Shown: positions 38,576 to 47,763 of the stretch, piece by piece
How positions within the stretch are numbered: the stretch's first letter is position 1
Layout: every line of letters starts with the position of its first letter
From: Methanobacteriota archaeon
GTDB lineage: Archaea; Thermoplasmatota; Thermoplasmata; SG8-5; DAIRED01
Direction of reading: 5' to 3'
NCBI GenBank assembly: GCA_043799545.1
Contig: JAZDNO010000031.1
Coordinates: 28,633-92,632 of the forward strand
DNA: 64,000 nt
Notes under the pieces: generated by a model
Database searches by the model: none
Told to the model about the DNA's origin: nothing
What the model saw: the letters and a program-made list of their open reading frames with translations, nothing else
Translations under genes and position numbers: made by a program

Positions 38576-39106
38576 ATGAGCGAATTGGCGAAGATGTTGA
38601 TGGATTTGGGGGCTGTGAAGTTTGGCGATTTCACACTCGCGTCGGGACGCAAGAGCAAATACTACGTGGACATCAAGAAGGCGAGCACTAACACCCACTT
38701 CCTGAGGGTCCTCTCGAAGGAGATGGCCTCGCACGTCGCCGGGGCGGACCGCCTGGCTGGGATCGAGCTCGGGGCCATACCGATACTGGTCGCGCTGGCC
38801 GTGGAGAGCGGGAAGCCTTTCGTAATGGTCCGAAAGGAAAGGAAGGATCATGGCACAACGAAGATGCTGGAGGGGGACCTGAAGTCGGGCGAGAACGTGT
38901 TCTTCGTCGAGGACGTCACTACGACCGCCGGCACTTTGATGAAGGGAATCGAGGTCGTGCGCCAGGCCGGGGGAAAGGTCACCCGCGTGCTGGTCATCGT
39001 GGACAGGGAGGAGGGGGCGCGAGAGAACCTGGCGGGGATTGGCGTCGAGCTCGTCCCGATGGTGCGCGTGTCCGAGATACTGGACAAATCGGCGATGCGG
39101 GATTGA
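38576..39106 (+). CDS. pyrE: Orotate phosphoribosyltransferase
   Basis: FTLASGRKS.YYVDIK, RKERKDHG, VEDVTTT. Confidence 0.93.
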   Translation: MSELAKMLMDLGAVKFGDFTLASGRKSKYYVDIKKASTNTHFLRVLSKEMASHVAGADRLAGIELGAIPILVALAVESGKPFVMVRKERKDHGTTKMLEGDLKSGENVFFVEDVTTTAGTLMKGIEVVRQAGGKVTRVLVIVDREEGARENLAGIGVELVPMVRVSEILDKSAMRD

Positions 39107-39120
39107 AGCGGGCGCAAGGG

Positions 39121-39128
39121 TTATTAAA
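39121..39128 (+). promoter_or_regulatory. TATA box of the tRNA-Val gene
   Basis: TTATTAAA ending 25 nt upstream of the tRNA 5' end. Confidence 0.55.
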
Positions 39129-39152
39129 CCCGACCTCATTTGGGCTACCAGC

Positions 39153-39225
39153 GGGCATATGGTCCAGCGGTTATGACGGGTGTCTCACACACACCAGATC
39201 TCCGGTTCGAATCCGGATATGCCCA
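39153..39225 (+). tRNA. tRNA-Val (anticodon CAC)
   Basis: GGGCATA/TATGCCC acceptor; GGTGT-CT CAC AC-ACACC anticodon arm; TCCGG-TTCGAAT-CCGGA T arm; A73; no encoded CCA. Confidence 0.95.
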
Positions 39226-39442
39226 TTCGATTCATTTTTATAACGAGCACGAGAATGGGCATTACGGAGAGGACTACCGGTCTTACCGTTTACCGGACAT
39301 GGAGCTAGTCCGAACCCGCGGCAAGGACTGCATTTTCCCAGCCTTGCCGCACTGGGTGCGCTTGCGGCTGTGAGACTCAATAGAAATCTAATTACCTGAT
39401 TGACCAACACCTTTACATACTTGCCAGCCCAATATCCTCACG

Positions 39443-39706
39443 ATGGACTCCGAATCCTTCGTCAAGGCGGTCGAGGACCGTCTCCTCCCGATTGCGCCAA
39501 TCATCGAGTTCGCAATAAAGAAGCAGCTGAACGAGGTTGGCGCGGACCGCAAGACCCTGACGCCCGAACAGGCGATGCGCTTCATAGACAAGATGGCGGA
39601 CGCGCTAGACCTCTTCGCGGGGCCGGCCAAGGCCGTCGAGTCCAAGCAGTTCATGCTCAAGGCGCTGAGGCGCTCCGCCCCCGAGTATTTCGAATCTATG
39701 ACCTGA
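39443..39706 (+). CDS. Small helical hypothetical protein (87 aa)
   Basis: Host-like codons, own AT-rich upstream region. Confidence 0.7.
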   Translation: MDSESFVKAVEDRLLPIAPIIEFAIKKQLNEVGADRKTLTPEQAMRFIDKMADALDLFAGPAKAVESKQFMLKALRRSAPEYFESMT

Positions 39707-40850
39707 GCCACTTGGCCTTTTTCTTGGAGAACGCCACCTTCACTCCGCGATTTCCGAGCTCCCCCAGCACCTTCGCGAACAGCTTCGCGTCCCGGCCAAG
39801 AACCTCCGGCGGAACTACTCCCGGATTCTTGTAACGGCCCGAGGCAATCATCGCTGAGACAATCGAGCAAGTGAAGCCAGTCGTGCGTGACATCGAGGTC
39901 GCGCCAGCGGACGGGTCGTAGTGGTCGAGCAGGTCGTAGGCGTGCGTGACGTTAGACTTCCCCGTTGAGCCGTCGGCCTGGACTCTCATGACTGTCATGT
40001 CCTCGTCCCCCGGTCCCATCTCCCACATCGGGAAGAGCAACTTTGTGGTGAGGTCTATCGGCCGGACCTTCGCCCCCTTAACATCCACCGGAGCCAGCCC
40101 GAATAATCCCGTCTCCCGCAGTGTGCGCATCTTCTCAGCGTGGCCGGGATATCGCAGCGTCATCTCGCGCATGTTCCTCGCCCTTATCGTGTCGATAAGT
40201 GTGCGGAGCCCGTCAGAGTTGAAGGCCTCCAGCGTCCCGACGCCGGGGAAGTCGACTGGCTCGACGCCCGAGAGGGCGGGCTCTACGACGGTGCGCCCGC
40301 CCCTGACCAGCCTCGCCGGGCGCGTGTATTCCTCTATCACGTCTATCGGCGAGAAACCGGCCTTGTACTCGTACGGCCAGGTGCGGACCTTCGGCAAGCC
40401 GCCCACCATGATTGTCAGGTCGTCGATGGTATTCATCTCGGAAGCAATCCTGCCGGCCATCATGTTGCTCAAGCCAGGCGCGACTCCGCAATCGACCACG
40501 ACCGTGACGCCCGCCTTCTTGGCGGCCTTGTCAAGCGGAAGCGGGTCTTCTGGCATGAAGGAGATGTCGCAGCAGTCTGCGCCCGCCTCTATGACCGCCC
40601 CCAATGTCGCCAGGCCCATGAATCCCGGGACCGCGCCCACCGCCAGGTCAAAGTCCCTGGCGAGCTTCTTCACCGCATTTGGCGATGACAAATCCGCCCT
40701 CGCGCCACTCAAACCGAACGATTGTTCGAGGCGCTTGAGCGCCTCCGGACGGACGTCTGCGACCGTGACATCCAGCCTCGCCCGCTCCTTCAAGTCCCTC
40801 GCAATCAGGCCGCCGACCCTTCCTGCGCCGAGTACAATCACGCGTTTCAT
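39696..40850 (-). CDS. Saccharopine dehydrogenase/lysine 6-dehydrogenase family
   Basis: VLGAGRVG, DISF, DCGVAPGLSNM, VGGLP, EEYTRPA, TLRYPGH. Confidence 0.88.
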   Translation of the reverse strand: MKRVIVLGAGRVGGLIARDLKERARLDVTVADVRPEALKRLEQSFGLSGARADLSSPNAVKKLARDFDLAVGAVPGFMGLATLGAVIEAGADCCDISFMPEDPLPLDKAAKKAGVTVVVDCGVAPGLSNMMAGRIASEMNTIDDLTIMVGGLPKVRTWPYEYKAGFSPIDVIEEYTRPARLVRGGRTVVEPALSGVEPVDFPGVGTLEAFNSDGLRTLIDTIRARNMREMTLRYPGHAEKMRTLRETGLFGLAPVDVKGAKVRPIDLTTKLLFPMWEMGPGDEDMTVMRVQADGSTGKSNVTHAYDLLDHYDPSAGATSMSRTTGFTCSIVSAMIASGRYKNPGVVPPEVLGRDAKLFAKVLGELGNRGVKVAFSKKKAKWLRS

Positions 40851-40945
40851 GGTTTAACCCCTGCGCCATCTCAAATCCGCTGCCCCTACATAGCTTTTCC
40901 CGGAACTGCGAACCATTTTATCCCTCGTTGCGAATACTTGGTGTG

Positions 40946-41614
40946 ATGTACAGCATCGACACTCCCCTCGCCGTTGCTCTTCTGAAGCTGATTCTGGCCA
41001 TGATATGCGGCAGCCTCCTAGGGCTCGAGAGGGAGATGAAGGAGAAACCCGCTGGCTTGAGGACATTCATGCTCATCACCACCGGCTCGTGCCTGTTTGT
41101 GATTGTGGGGACATACATTTCAGAATCATGGACTGGCGCGTCCGACCCGGGCAGGGTGGCCGCCCAGGTCGTTGCGGGCATAGGTTTTCTCGGAGCCGGC
41201 ACTATCATCCACTCCAGGGGCTCGGTCCACGGGTTGACTTCAGCGGCGACGATTTGGGTTTCGGCGGGCATCGGAATCGCCATAGCCGTCGACCTTTTCC
41301 TTCTCGCAATCCTCGTGACGTTCATAATCCTGGGCATGCTGGTGGGGTTGAGGGCCATCGAACTTCGAATCGGGACAAAGGGCAGGGCGCGCATGAAGGC
41401 GAAGGTTCTGGTCAAGGAGATGGACGCTCTAGAGAAGATTTCGGAGGACATAGAGAGCCTCGGGGAGCACATCCGCATCCAGCAGATGAAGAAGTACGGC
41501 GACGGGATGCAGATAATCCTGATGTGCCAGCTCACGGCGACGGAGGGTGTGCGCCTGCAGAACACCATCGCAAGGCTGGAGGGTGTCGAGAGCGTGGATT
41601 TGGAGCCCGCGTAA
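40946..41614 (+). CDS. MgtC/SapB family membrane protein with ACT-like C-terminus
   Basis: LGLERE..KPAGLRT, DPGRVAAQVVAGIGFLGAG, GLTSAATIW. Confidence 0.9.
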   Translation: MYSIDTPLAVALLKLILAMICGSLLGLEREMKEKPAGLRTFMLITTGSCLFVIVGTYISESWTGASDPGRVAAQVVAGIGFLGAGTIIHSRGSVHGLTSAATIWVSAGIGIAIAVDLFLLAILVTFIILGMLVGLRAIELRIGTKGRARMKAKVLVKEMDALEKISEDIESLGEHIRIQQMKKYGDGMQIILMCQLTATEGVRLQNTIARLEGVESVDLEPA

Positions 41615-41638
41615 TCGGCGGTCGAAAAAGGCTGGCTT

Positions 41639-41741
41639 TTACTTCAATCGTATTGTCTCTAGATTCATCGGCGCTGGGTGCCTCTGAGGCATCATCGAAA
41701 TCCAATTACTTCAACCTTATCGTTTCCAGATTCATCGGCGC
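41639..41741 (-). repeat. Direct duplication of the last 12 codons of aCPSF1 (41639-41674 vs 41706-41741), all differences synonymous
   Basis: Both copies translate APMNLETIRLK*; 31/36 nt identical; identical 14-nt core GCGCCGATGAATCT. Confidence 0.9.
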
Positions 41742-43613
41742 CCTCGTCTCTATCCCGAACTTTTTATAAATCGAGCTCGCCAAATCGGAGCACTTGAACT
41801 CTTCCCCGTGGCCGACGATGATGCGCTCCGGCTTGGGGTCCAGGTTGTCCACGTAGTTCATCAGCTGCATGCGGTCCGAGTGGCCGGAGAAGCCGTCGCA
41901 CGTCTCGATGTTAAGCTTGACGTCGACCGTTATCTGGTTGCCGCGCTCGTTCATCGGGATGGACTTCCAGCCGCGCTGTATCTTCCTGCCCATCGTGCCC
42001 TCGGCCTGGTAACCGACGAATATAAGCGAACTGGCCGGGTCCGACGCCCACGACTTGAAGTACTCCATCACAGGGCCGCCGTTCATCATCCCCGCCGTCG
42101 CAAGCACTATGCACGGGTCGGGGTCCCCGGCGATGCGCTGGCGCATCTCCTGGCTGTCGACGCGCTTGAATATCTTCGAAAGGAACGGGTTCTCCCCCAT
42201 CTGGAATATCTGGGTGCGGAGCGAGCTGTTGAGGTATTCCGGATAGGCAGTATGGATTGCAGTCGCCTCGAATATCATGCCGTCCAAATACACAGGCACC
42301 TCGGGTATCTGCTCCGCCCTCATGAGGTCCTCTATGACGAGCATGACCTCCTGGGAACGGCCGACGGCGAAGACGGGGATTATGATGCGCCCCTTCCTTG
42401 CAAGTGTCCTGGTCAGCGTCTCGCGGAGCTGCGCCGACGCCTCGTGCCTGCTCGGCTGCATGTCGTGGTAGCTGCCGTAGGTCGATTCCATGATGAGCGT
42501 CTCCAGGCGCGGGAATTTGTTCACCGCCGGGTTGAACAGCCACGTTTTCTCGTACTTCATGTCCCCGGTGAAAGCGACGTTGTAGAGCCCGTCTCCGACG
42601 TGGAAGTGCGCGATTGCCGAGCCCAGGATGTGCCCGGCGTTGTGCAGGGTCAGGCGAACGTCGGGGCTTATATCGGTGGTCTCGCCGTATTTAAGAGGGA
42701 TGCAGTGCTTCACCATCTCGCGGATGTGCGCCGATTCGTAGGGCGCTTTCTTCGCCTCGCCGAATGACACGCGGATGAAGTCCAGGAGCATGAGCGACAT
42801 CAGGTCCCTCGTCGGCGGGGTGCAGTAAATCGGGCCGTCGTAGCCGTACTTGAAAAGCGCCGGCACCAGCGCGGCATGGTCCAGGTGGGCGTGCGTTATC
42901 ACGACCGCATCTAGAGTGTCCAATGGCATTATCTCCGGGACGTTCAGGTACGGGGTGTCCTCGTCGTTCGAGGGCATCGTGCCGCAGTCAATCATGACCT
43001 TGCTCTCCCTCGTCGAGAGGAGCGAGCAGCTGCGTCCGACCTCCCTGAAACCCCCGAGCGTCGTTACCCGGATGAACGAGTCGGTGTAGACCATGTCCCT
43101 GGCCAGGCGTCTTCCGAGCTTCTTGAGGAACTCGTTGCGCTCGTCGTGGATTTTTCGCAGGTAGCTGCGCACCTCGCTCACAGTCTTCGACGGAATCGGC
43201 GAAGCCCTGACCACCCTCGGCGCCCAGCCGATCTTCTTCTTCAGCTCGTTGAGGATGGCGCCATGCTTGCCTATGACCAGGCCAGGAGAAATAGCCTCAA
43301 TTGTGACTTCACCTGTCTCAGACTCGAAGAAGATGTTCTGAATCTCCGCCTCAGGCGGCGACATCTCCTTGATTATCTCCTCGGCCTTCTCCGGTGTTAT
43401 CAGGAGCGAAGGGTCAGGCCTTATGGTGACCCGGCGGCGCAAGCCCTGGGCCAGCTGGCGCACTATGTCGTTGTCGTCCGCGAACTCCTCGAGGCTCTTG
43501 GTGTACAGCACAATCGACGGGCCCTCGAGCTCTATCCGCGTAATCTGGACGCTCTCTGGAACGACGCGGCGCACCACCTCGTTCGCTTCCTTCAGCACGC
43601 TTTCTACGCTCAT
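41706..43613 (-). CDS. fttA: Beta-CASP ribonuclease aCPSF1 (KH-MBL-beta-CASP), transcription termination factor
   Basis: KH domains, LGGFREVGRS, THAHLDH, NAGHILGS, ESTYG, FSGHSD. Confidence 0.96.
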   Translation of the reverse strand: MSVESVLKEANEVVRRVVPESVQITRIELEGPSIVLYTKSLEEFADDNDIVRQLAQGLRRRVTIRPDPSLLITPEKAEEIIKEMSPPEAEIQNIFFESETGEVTIEAISPGLVIGKHGAILNELKKKIGWAPRVVRASPIPSKTVSEVRSYLRKIHDERNEFLKKLGRRLARDMVYTDSFIRVTTLGGFREVGRSCSLLSTRESKVMIDCGTMPSNDEDTPYLNVPEIMPLDTLDAVVITHAHLDHAALVPALFKYGYDGPIYCTPPTRDLMSLMLLDFIRVSFGEAKKAPYESAHIREMVKHCIPLKYGETTDISPDVRLTLHNAGHILGSAIAHFHVGDGLYNVAFTGDMKYEKTWLFNPAVNKFPRLETLIMESTYGSYHDMQPSRHEASAQLRETLTRTLARKGRIIIPVFAVGRSQEVMLVIEDLMRAEQIPEVPVYLDGMIFEATAIHTAYPEYLNSSLRTQIFQMGENPFLSKIFKRVDSQEMRQRIAGDPDPCIVLATAGMMNGGPVMEYFKSWASDPASSLIFVGYQAEGTMGRKIQRGWKSIPMNERGNQITVDVKLNIETCDGFSGHSDRMQLMNYVDNLDPKPERIIVGHGEEFKCSDLASSIYKKFGIETRAPMNLETIRLK

Positions 43614-43634
43614 CCGTTCACTTCAACCTTCGGT

Positions 43635-44279
43635 TCAGTTCAGCTTCATCTTTGAAATCCTCTTCTGGATTTCGTCCTCTGAAATCTCTTTGTAATCCTT
43701 TTTCGTGATGATGACGATGTTCATCCCGTCCCCCGAGGCGGAGTCGCGCCTCATCGACGCGTGAAGGCCGCGGATGATTAGGTCGACGCCTTCGCTGGCG
43801 CTCAGGCCCTCCTCGAAATGGTCCTCCAGCACGCCATATACATACGGAGAGCCGGAGCCCGTCGTCACGTACGTGTCAGGGATGGAGCCCCCTGCCGCAT
43901 CTATCGAATAGACGTGTCCGCCCTCATTGTCCACTCCGCCGACGACGAGCTGCACCCAATACGGGTAGTATTTCGAGCCGTTCAGGATGTTCGACAGAAG
44001 CGTCGAGGCGGCCCTGACAGTCATAGGGCTCCCGCGCTTCATCTTGTACAGCTCTACCTCGGCGGTCAGGTAGCGCGCCAAAACCTGCGCGTCTCCGACA
44101 AGCCCCGCGACGGTCAGCCCGATAGAATCGTCTATCTTGAACAGCTTCTGAGTCGTCTTGTGGGCAATCAGAGTGCCCATGGTCGCCCTTCTCTCCGTTC
44201 CCAGCACGACGCCGTCCTTGCAGACGATGCCAACTGTGGTCGTACCCTTCTTTAGTTCTGTATTCATTGCTTCGTTCAT
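43635..44279 (-). CDS. psmB: Proteasome beta subunit
   Basis: Propeptide ending [27 protein letters not shown]; start moved to ATG 44279. Confidence 0.96.
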   Translation of the reverse strand: MNEAMNTELKKGTTTVGIVCKDGVVLGTERRATMGTLIAHKTTQKLFKIDDSIGLTVAGLVGDAQVLARYLTAEVELYKMKRGSPMTVRAASTLLSNILNGSKYYPYWVQLVVGGVDNEGGHVYSIDAAGGSIPDTYVTTGSGSPYVYGVLEDHFEEGLSASEGVDLIIRGLHASMRRDSASGDGMNIVIITKKDYKEISEDEIQKRISKMKLN

Positions 44280-44460
44280 AAGATGCACCTCAAAAGCGCA
44301 CCGATGGAAAGCTTGCTGGACAGAGCGCAACAGGCGCTTCGTCCCAATAATTCCAATAGGGTTATTACCGGGGCGCTATTTAAGCCTTTCCCAGAATGAT
44401 TGCGATTTGGACGATTCATTGCATCGGCCATCGGCGGCCAAACTCATGCGGCCTATGCAA

Positions 44461-44508
44461 ATCTTCCGCAGCATCAAATTGTAAGTTGAAAAGGGTTTTG
44501 CGGAAGAT
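44461..44508. terminator. 10-bp inverted repeat downstream of the rpl21e cluster
   Basis: ATCTTCCGCA-N28-TGCGGAAGAT. Confidence 0.3.
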
Positions 44509-44525
44509 GCCTAGTTGCCTGCTGG

Positions 44526-44873
44526 CTATTTCTCCTTCTTTTCAGCCGGTTTTTTATCTCCGGCAGGTTTCTTGTCGTCTCCCTTCTTGGCATCCTCGGC
44601 CTTCTTCTCGCCCTCTGCCGGAGCCGCTGCGCCTTCCGCACCTGCCGCTGCACCCGCTGTTGCCGCCGCTGCTGCAGCCGCAGCCTTCTTGGCCGCATCT
44701 TCTGCCTTCTTGGCCATGCCGGCCTTGAGCAGCTCCTCGTGCTCGCGGCGGCGCTTGTCCATCTCGGCCTTTGAAATGTACTTCGGGGCCTCCTTGTTGC
44801 ACCTCTTGCAGAGGCCTATCATGTTCGTTAACCTTCTCCGTTCGCATCCCTTGCAGACTGTTATAGACTTCAT
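44526..44873 (-). CDS. Small C4 Zn-finger protein with an Ala/Lys-rich tail
   Basis: CKGC-x12-CKRC, then poly-Ala and KK-rich tail; 9 nt after the DUF655 stop. Confidence 0.7.
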   Translation of the reverse strand: MKSITVCKGCERRRLTNMIGLCKRCNKEAPKYISKAEMDKRRREHEELLKAGMAKKAEDAAKKAAAAAAAATAGAAAGAEGAAAPAEGEKKAEDAKKGDDKKPAGDKKPAEKKEK

Positions 44874-44882
44874 TACTATCCC

Positions 44883-45440
44883 TCACTTGGCGACGAATAT
44901 ATGGTACTTCTGGTCGGCTTCGGCCAGCTCCATCTCTATCCTCTTTGCTATGAGCTTCTCCGGGTGTCTGAGAGCAGACACCCTCTCCTCGATGTCCTTG
45001 AAATTGATGAACGGGCGCTTCTTTCGCTCCTCCAGTATGGCCCACATCGTTTTCTTCCCCAGCCCCGGAAGGAGCTCGAGCATGTGGAACCTCATGGTTA
45101 TCGGCCTTGATTCGTTGTAGAATTTGATGAAGTCCGCCTCCCTCTCCATGACTATCCTCTGCAATACGAATGGAAGCTCGCTCTGCGCGGCGTTGGTCAG
45201 CTCCTCGTATTTTATTCTCCGCTTAACGTGCAGAATCTCCTTTCGCAGTGGCACTTCCTTGCCTATGTAAACCACGTCCCCGGCCGTCAGGGTCACGTTG
45301 TCCTTGGGCACGAGTTCGAACAGCTTGAACTGGCCGGGCCCGACCGCGTAGGCAACTGGCTCGCGCTTGAATCGCCTGTCGTCAGCCAGGCCCTGGGGCA
45401 TGTAATCGAGGATGTGTGCGAGGTCTTCCACTTCTTCCAC
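44883..45440 (-). CDS. DUF655 putative RNA-binding protein
   Basis: ILDYMPQG, FKLFEL, HMLELLPGLGKK; canonical position after rpo4. Confidence 0.92.
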   Translation of the reverse strand: MEEVEDLAHILDYMPQGLADDRRFKREPVAYAVGPGQFKLFELVPKDNVTLTAGDVVYIGKEVPLRKEILHVKRRIKYEELTNAAQSELPFVLQRIVMEREADFIKFYNESRPITMRFHMLELLPGLGKKTMWAILEERKKRPFINFKDIEERVSALRHPEKLIAKRIEMELAEADQKYHIFVAK

Positions 45441-45761
45441 CTACAGATATTTCTTCACGCTTTCGATTATCGTCTCGGCCGAGTCGGCGTCGAGGTCGAA
45501 CTTCTCCTTTGAGAGGATTGCCCTGAGCTCGTCCTGGGACTGGGGCATCAGGTCAGCTATCTTGCATGCCACCGGCTCGATCAGGCTCTCGTTCTTCTTC
45601 ATGAGCTCGTTCACGAGCTTCCTTGATGTCTTCGCGTCGGTCTTCACAAACTGGACAGCGTGGGCCGTAGCCATCTTCTGGAATTCGTTGAGCTCGCGCT
45701 TCCCGCTCTCCGTTTCGAGAAGCTCCTTGACCTCTGCTAATGTGAGATAATTGTCCGGCAT
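45441..45761 (-). CDS. rpo4: RNA polymerase subunit Rpo4/F
   Basis: YLTLAEVKELL, KIADLMP...ELRAIL; rpl21e-rpo4 synteny. Confidence 0.9.
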   Translation of the reverse strand: MPDNYLTLAEVKELLETESGKRELNEFQKMATAHAVQFVKTDAKTSRKLVNELMKKNESLIEPVACKIADLMPQSQDELRAILSKEKFDLDADSAETIIESVKKYL

Positions 45762-45775
45762 TCCTTTACCCCCGT

Positions 45776-46063
45776 TCAGGCCTTCCTCATGTGCTCGGGG
45801 AAAACCACTACCTGCTTCACCTTGTTCCCGATGCGGACGTCCATCATGTACGCCCTTCCCTGGTTACCCACAACCTTCCCCGTCTTTCCGTGGAAACACG
45901 TGTGCGGACGGCCCTTGCGTATGCTCGGGTCGAGTATTATCGAGGCCTGGTCACCGACTTCGTACTTCTGGAACGAGCGGGTTATGGGCGACAGCCCGCG
46001 CTCCCTGGCCGGCCTGTGCAGTATACCGCGCGTCCTTTTGTTCATTCCTTTTGAGCTCTTCAT
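45776..46063 (-). CDS. rpl21e: 50S ribosomal protein L21e
   Basis: SKG...TR, G.PH..FHGKTG, V.PEH. Confidence 0.95.
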   Translation of the reverse strand: MKSSKGMNKRTRGILHRPARERGLSPITRSFQKYEVGDQASIILDPSIRKGRPHTCFHGKTGKVVGNQGRAYMMDVRIGNKVKQVVVFPEHMRKA

Positions 46064-46065
46064 GT

Positions 46066-47301
46066 CTATCCCTCCGTTCCTGTGTCCATGACTTCCAGGG
46101 ACTTCACCGCGCAGGCGACCCCCAGGAGTTCCGCGACGCTGGGACGCGTCCGGCCCTGGTCGCCGTGGACCAGCTCCTTGATGTACGTCCCCGTCTCCGC
46201 AGTGATGCTGAGTACCGCTTCTCCGGTGCTCCAGCTCTCCACGCGAGCGTCCTTCACGACCCTCCGCCTGTGCCTGTCGGCTCTGCGGTGAGAGACACGG
46301 CTGGGAGTGCGCTGCACGATTTCGCAGCCTCGCAATAATGCAACTACTTCATTAAGCTTTGCCTCGTCCACGAGCCGCTCGAACGTGACCGACACCCGGT
46401 AGATTTTATCTCCCCTGGCTTCCTTCAGGGCTGCGACGTCCGAGCCTATCGCTTCCCTCAATTCCGAGACCTCGACGCCCTGCCCGCTTCCGTTCACCTT
46501 CCTCTCGACCTCGTCGAAAACAACGGTTCTAGCCCTCGGAGCGCGTATCTCCAGAACGAAAGGCCGCCCGTCCCCGAGCATGAGCGCGTCCACGTCCTCG
46601 CGGCCCATGCCGTGGAAGAAGTGCTCGCTGCCCCCCGTCTGCTCCATGACAGGCCCCGCGATAATCTCCTCGACGCTGGTCTGGTACATCTTGCCCGTTC
46701 CGTTGCACCGCTCGCAGCCCGTTCCCCTGCATGGCTTGCACGGCCATCTGGTCTGGGGAATCCCGCGCGCGAGCTTGCGGTACCTGCCCCGGACGAACAG
46801 CGGGGCGACTTGCACGTCAACGACGTCGTATTGTGTGTCGACGACAAGTGTTATGTCTGGGTGCTCGAAGTCGGGCTCCTTCCCCATCTTGACCGAAAGG
46901 AGCTTTCCCAGCTCCCTGTTGAATTCCGACTTAATCGGTTCGTGGGCGTCGGTCTTCAACTCCCCCCAGAGCCTCTCCTCGACCTCGCAGCCCTCAGGGC
47001 CGAACCTGGAGCCGACGAGGAACGTCTTAGAATTCCACGGTTCCGCGGCCTTGGCGCACAGTTCCGCGAACGCTTCCAGGCGCAGGAACGTTCCCTTGCA
47101 AATCGGGCAGCGCGCCTCATTTTCAGGGGTGTAGCCGATTATGCTCGCGACAGCCGTGCCCCTGTCAGTATTGGAGAAACCCATTCCAGCCTTCGCCACG
47201 AACCTGCCGAGGCACCTGGCGCAAACCCTCGGCTCGGAGTCCAGGACCGACCTGTCGAGGGCTCTGGCTCTTTCCAACAGTATCTCCGCTAGCTCGTCCA
47301 A
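46066..47301 (-). CDS. pus10: tRNA pseudouridine 54/55 synthase Pus10
   Basis: C..C Zn site, GRY.KL.RGIPQT.W, FHGMGREDVDA.MLG.GRPF, GTYIKEL.HGD.GRT.PS. Confidence 0.93.
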   Translation of the reverse strand: MDELAEILLERARALDRSVLDSEPRVCARCLGRFVAKAGMGFSNTDRGTAVASIIGYTPENEARCPICKGTFLRLEAFAELCAKAAEPWNSKTFLVGSRFGPEGCEVEERLWGELKTDAHEPIKSEFNRELGKLLSVKMGKEPDFEHPDITLVVDTQYDVVDVQVAPLFVRGRYRKLARGIPQTRWPCKPCRGTGCERCNGTGKMYQTSVEEIIAGPVMEQTGGSEHFFHGMGREDVDALMLGDGRPFVLEIRAPRARTVVFDEVERKVNGSGQGVEVSELREAIGSDVAALKEARGDKIYRVSVTFERLVDEAKLNEVVALLRGCEIVQRTPSRVSHRRADRHRRRVVKDARVESWSTGEAVLSITAETGTYIKELVHGDQGRTRPSVAELLGVACAVKSLEVMDTGTEG

Positions 47302-47319
47302 CGATGCACCGGGCCCCGC

Positions 47320-47613
47320 TCACTTGGACTTCTTCTTCACCAGGAAAATCTCGATGGAGGAGACGTTGGATATCCTGCCGCCGTCGCCCTCGAGCTTCTC
47401 CGTGGATATCTTGATGTCCTTCACGATCGCATCGGTGACGAACCTGTTGCGCACGATTTCGGCAACGTCGACGGCCAAGCCTATGGACTTGCCCCTCGCC
47501 TTGATGACCACGCCGTCGGGGCCAGCGTTTATCTGGGTGGCTACCGCCAGTACGTAGTTCATCGTCGGTTTCTTGCCTATGTAGACCGTGTTGTCCGGAT
47601 TGTCCTCTGCCAT
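47320..47613 (-). CDS. albA: DNA/RNA-binding protein Alba
   Basis: [27 protein letters not shown]. Confidence 0.95.
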   Translation of the reverse strand: MAEDNPDNTVYIGKKPTMNYVLAVATQINAGPDGVVIKARGKSIGLAVDVAEIVRNRFVTDAIVKDIKISTEKLEGDGGRISNVSSIEIFLVKKKSK

Positions 47614-47763
47614 TATATATTCCCCCTTTCAGCGATGCTCAGGACTCATCGGTCTCGGTCATATAAATAATTACCGCAGCCCTGGCGGTTCGCCTATTTT
47701 TAAAGCTCAGAATGACAATGTTTATATATCATGTCATTTCTCCCCTGCAACAGGGATGCACTA

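Noticed and set aside
39140-39410. ORFs 39140..39373 and 39171..39410
   Set aside because: They overlap the tRNA-Val gene and have no protein-like features.
44626-44705. GCC/GCT/GCA repeat tract as a microsatellite
   Set aside because: Encodes the poly-Ala tail of 44526-44873 with mixed codons.
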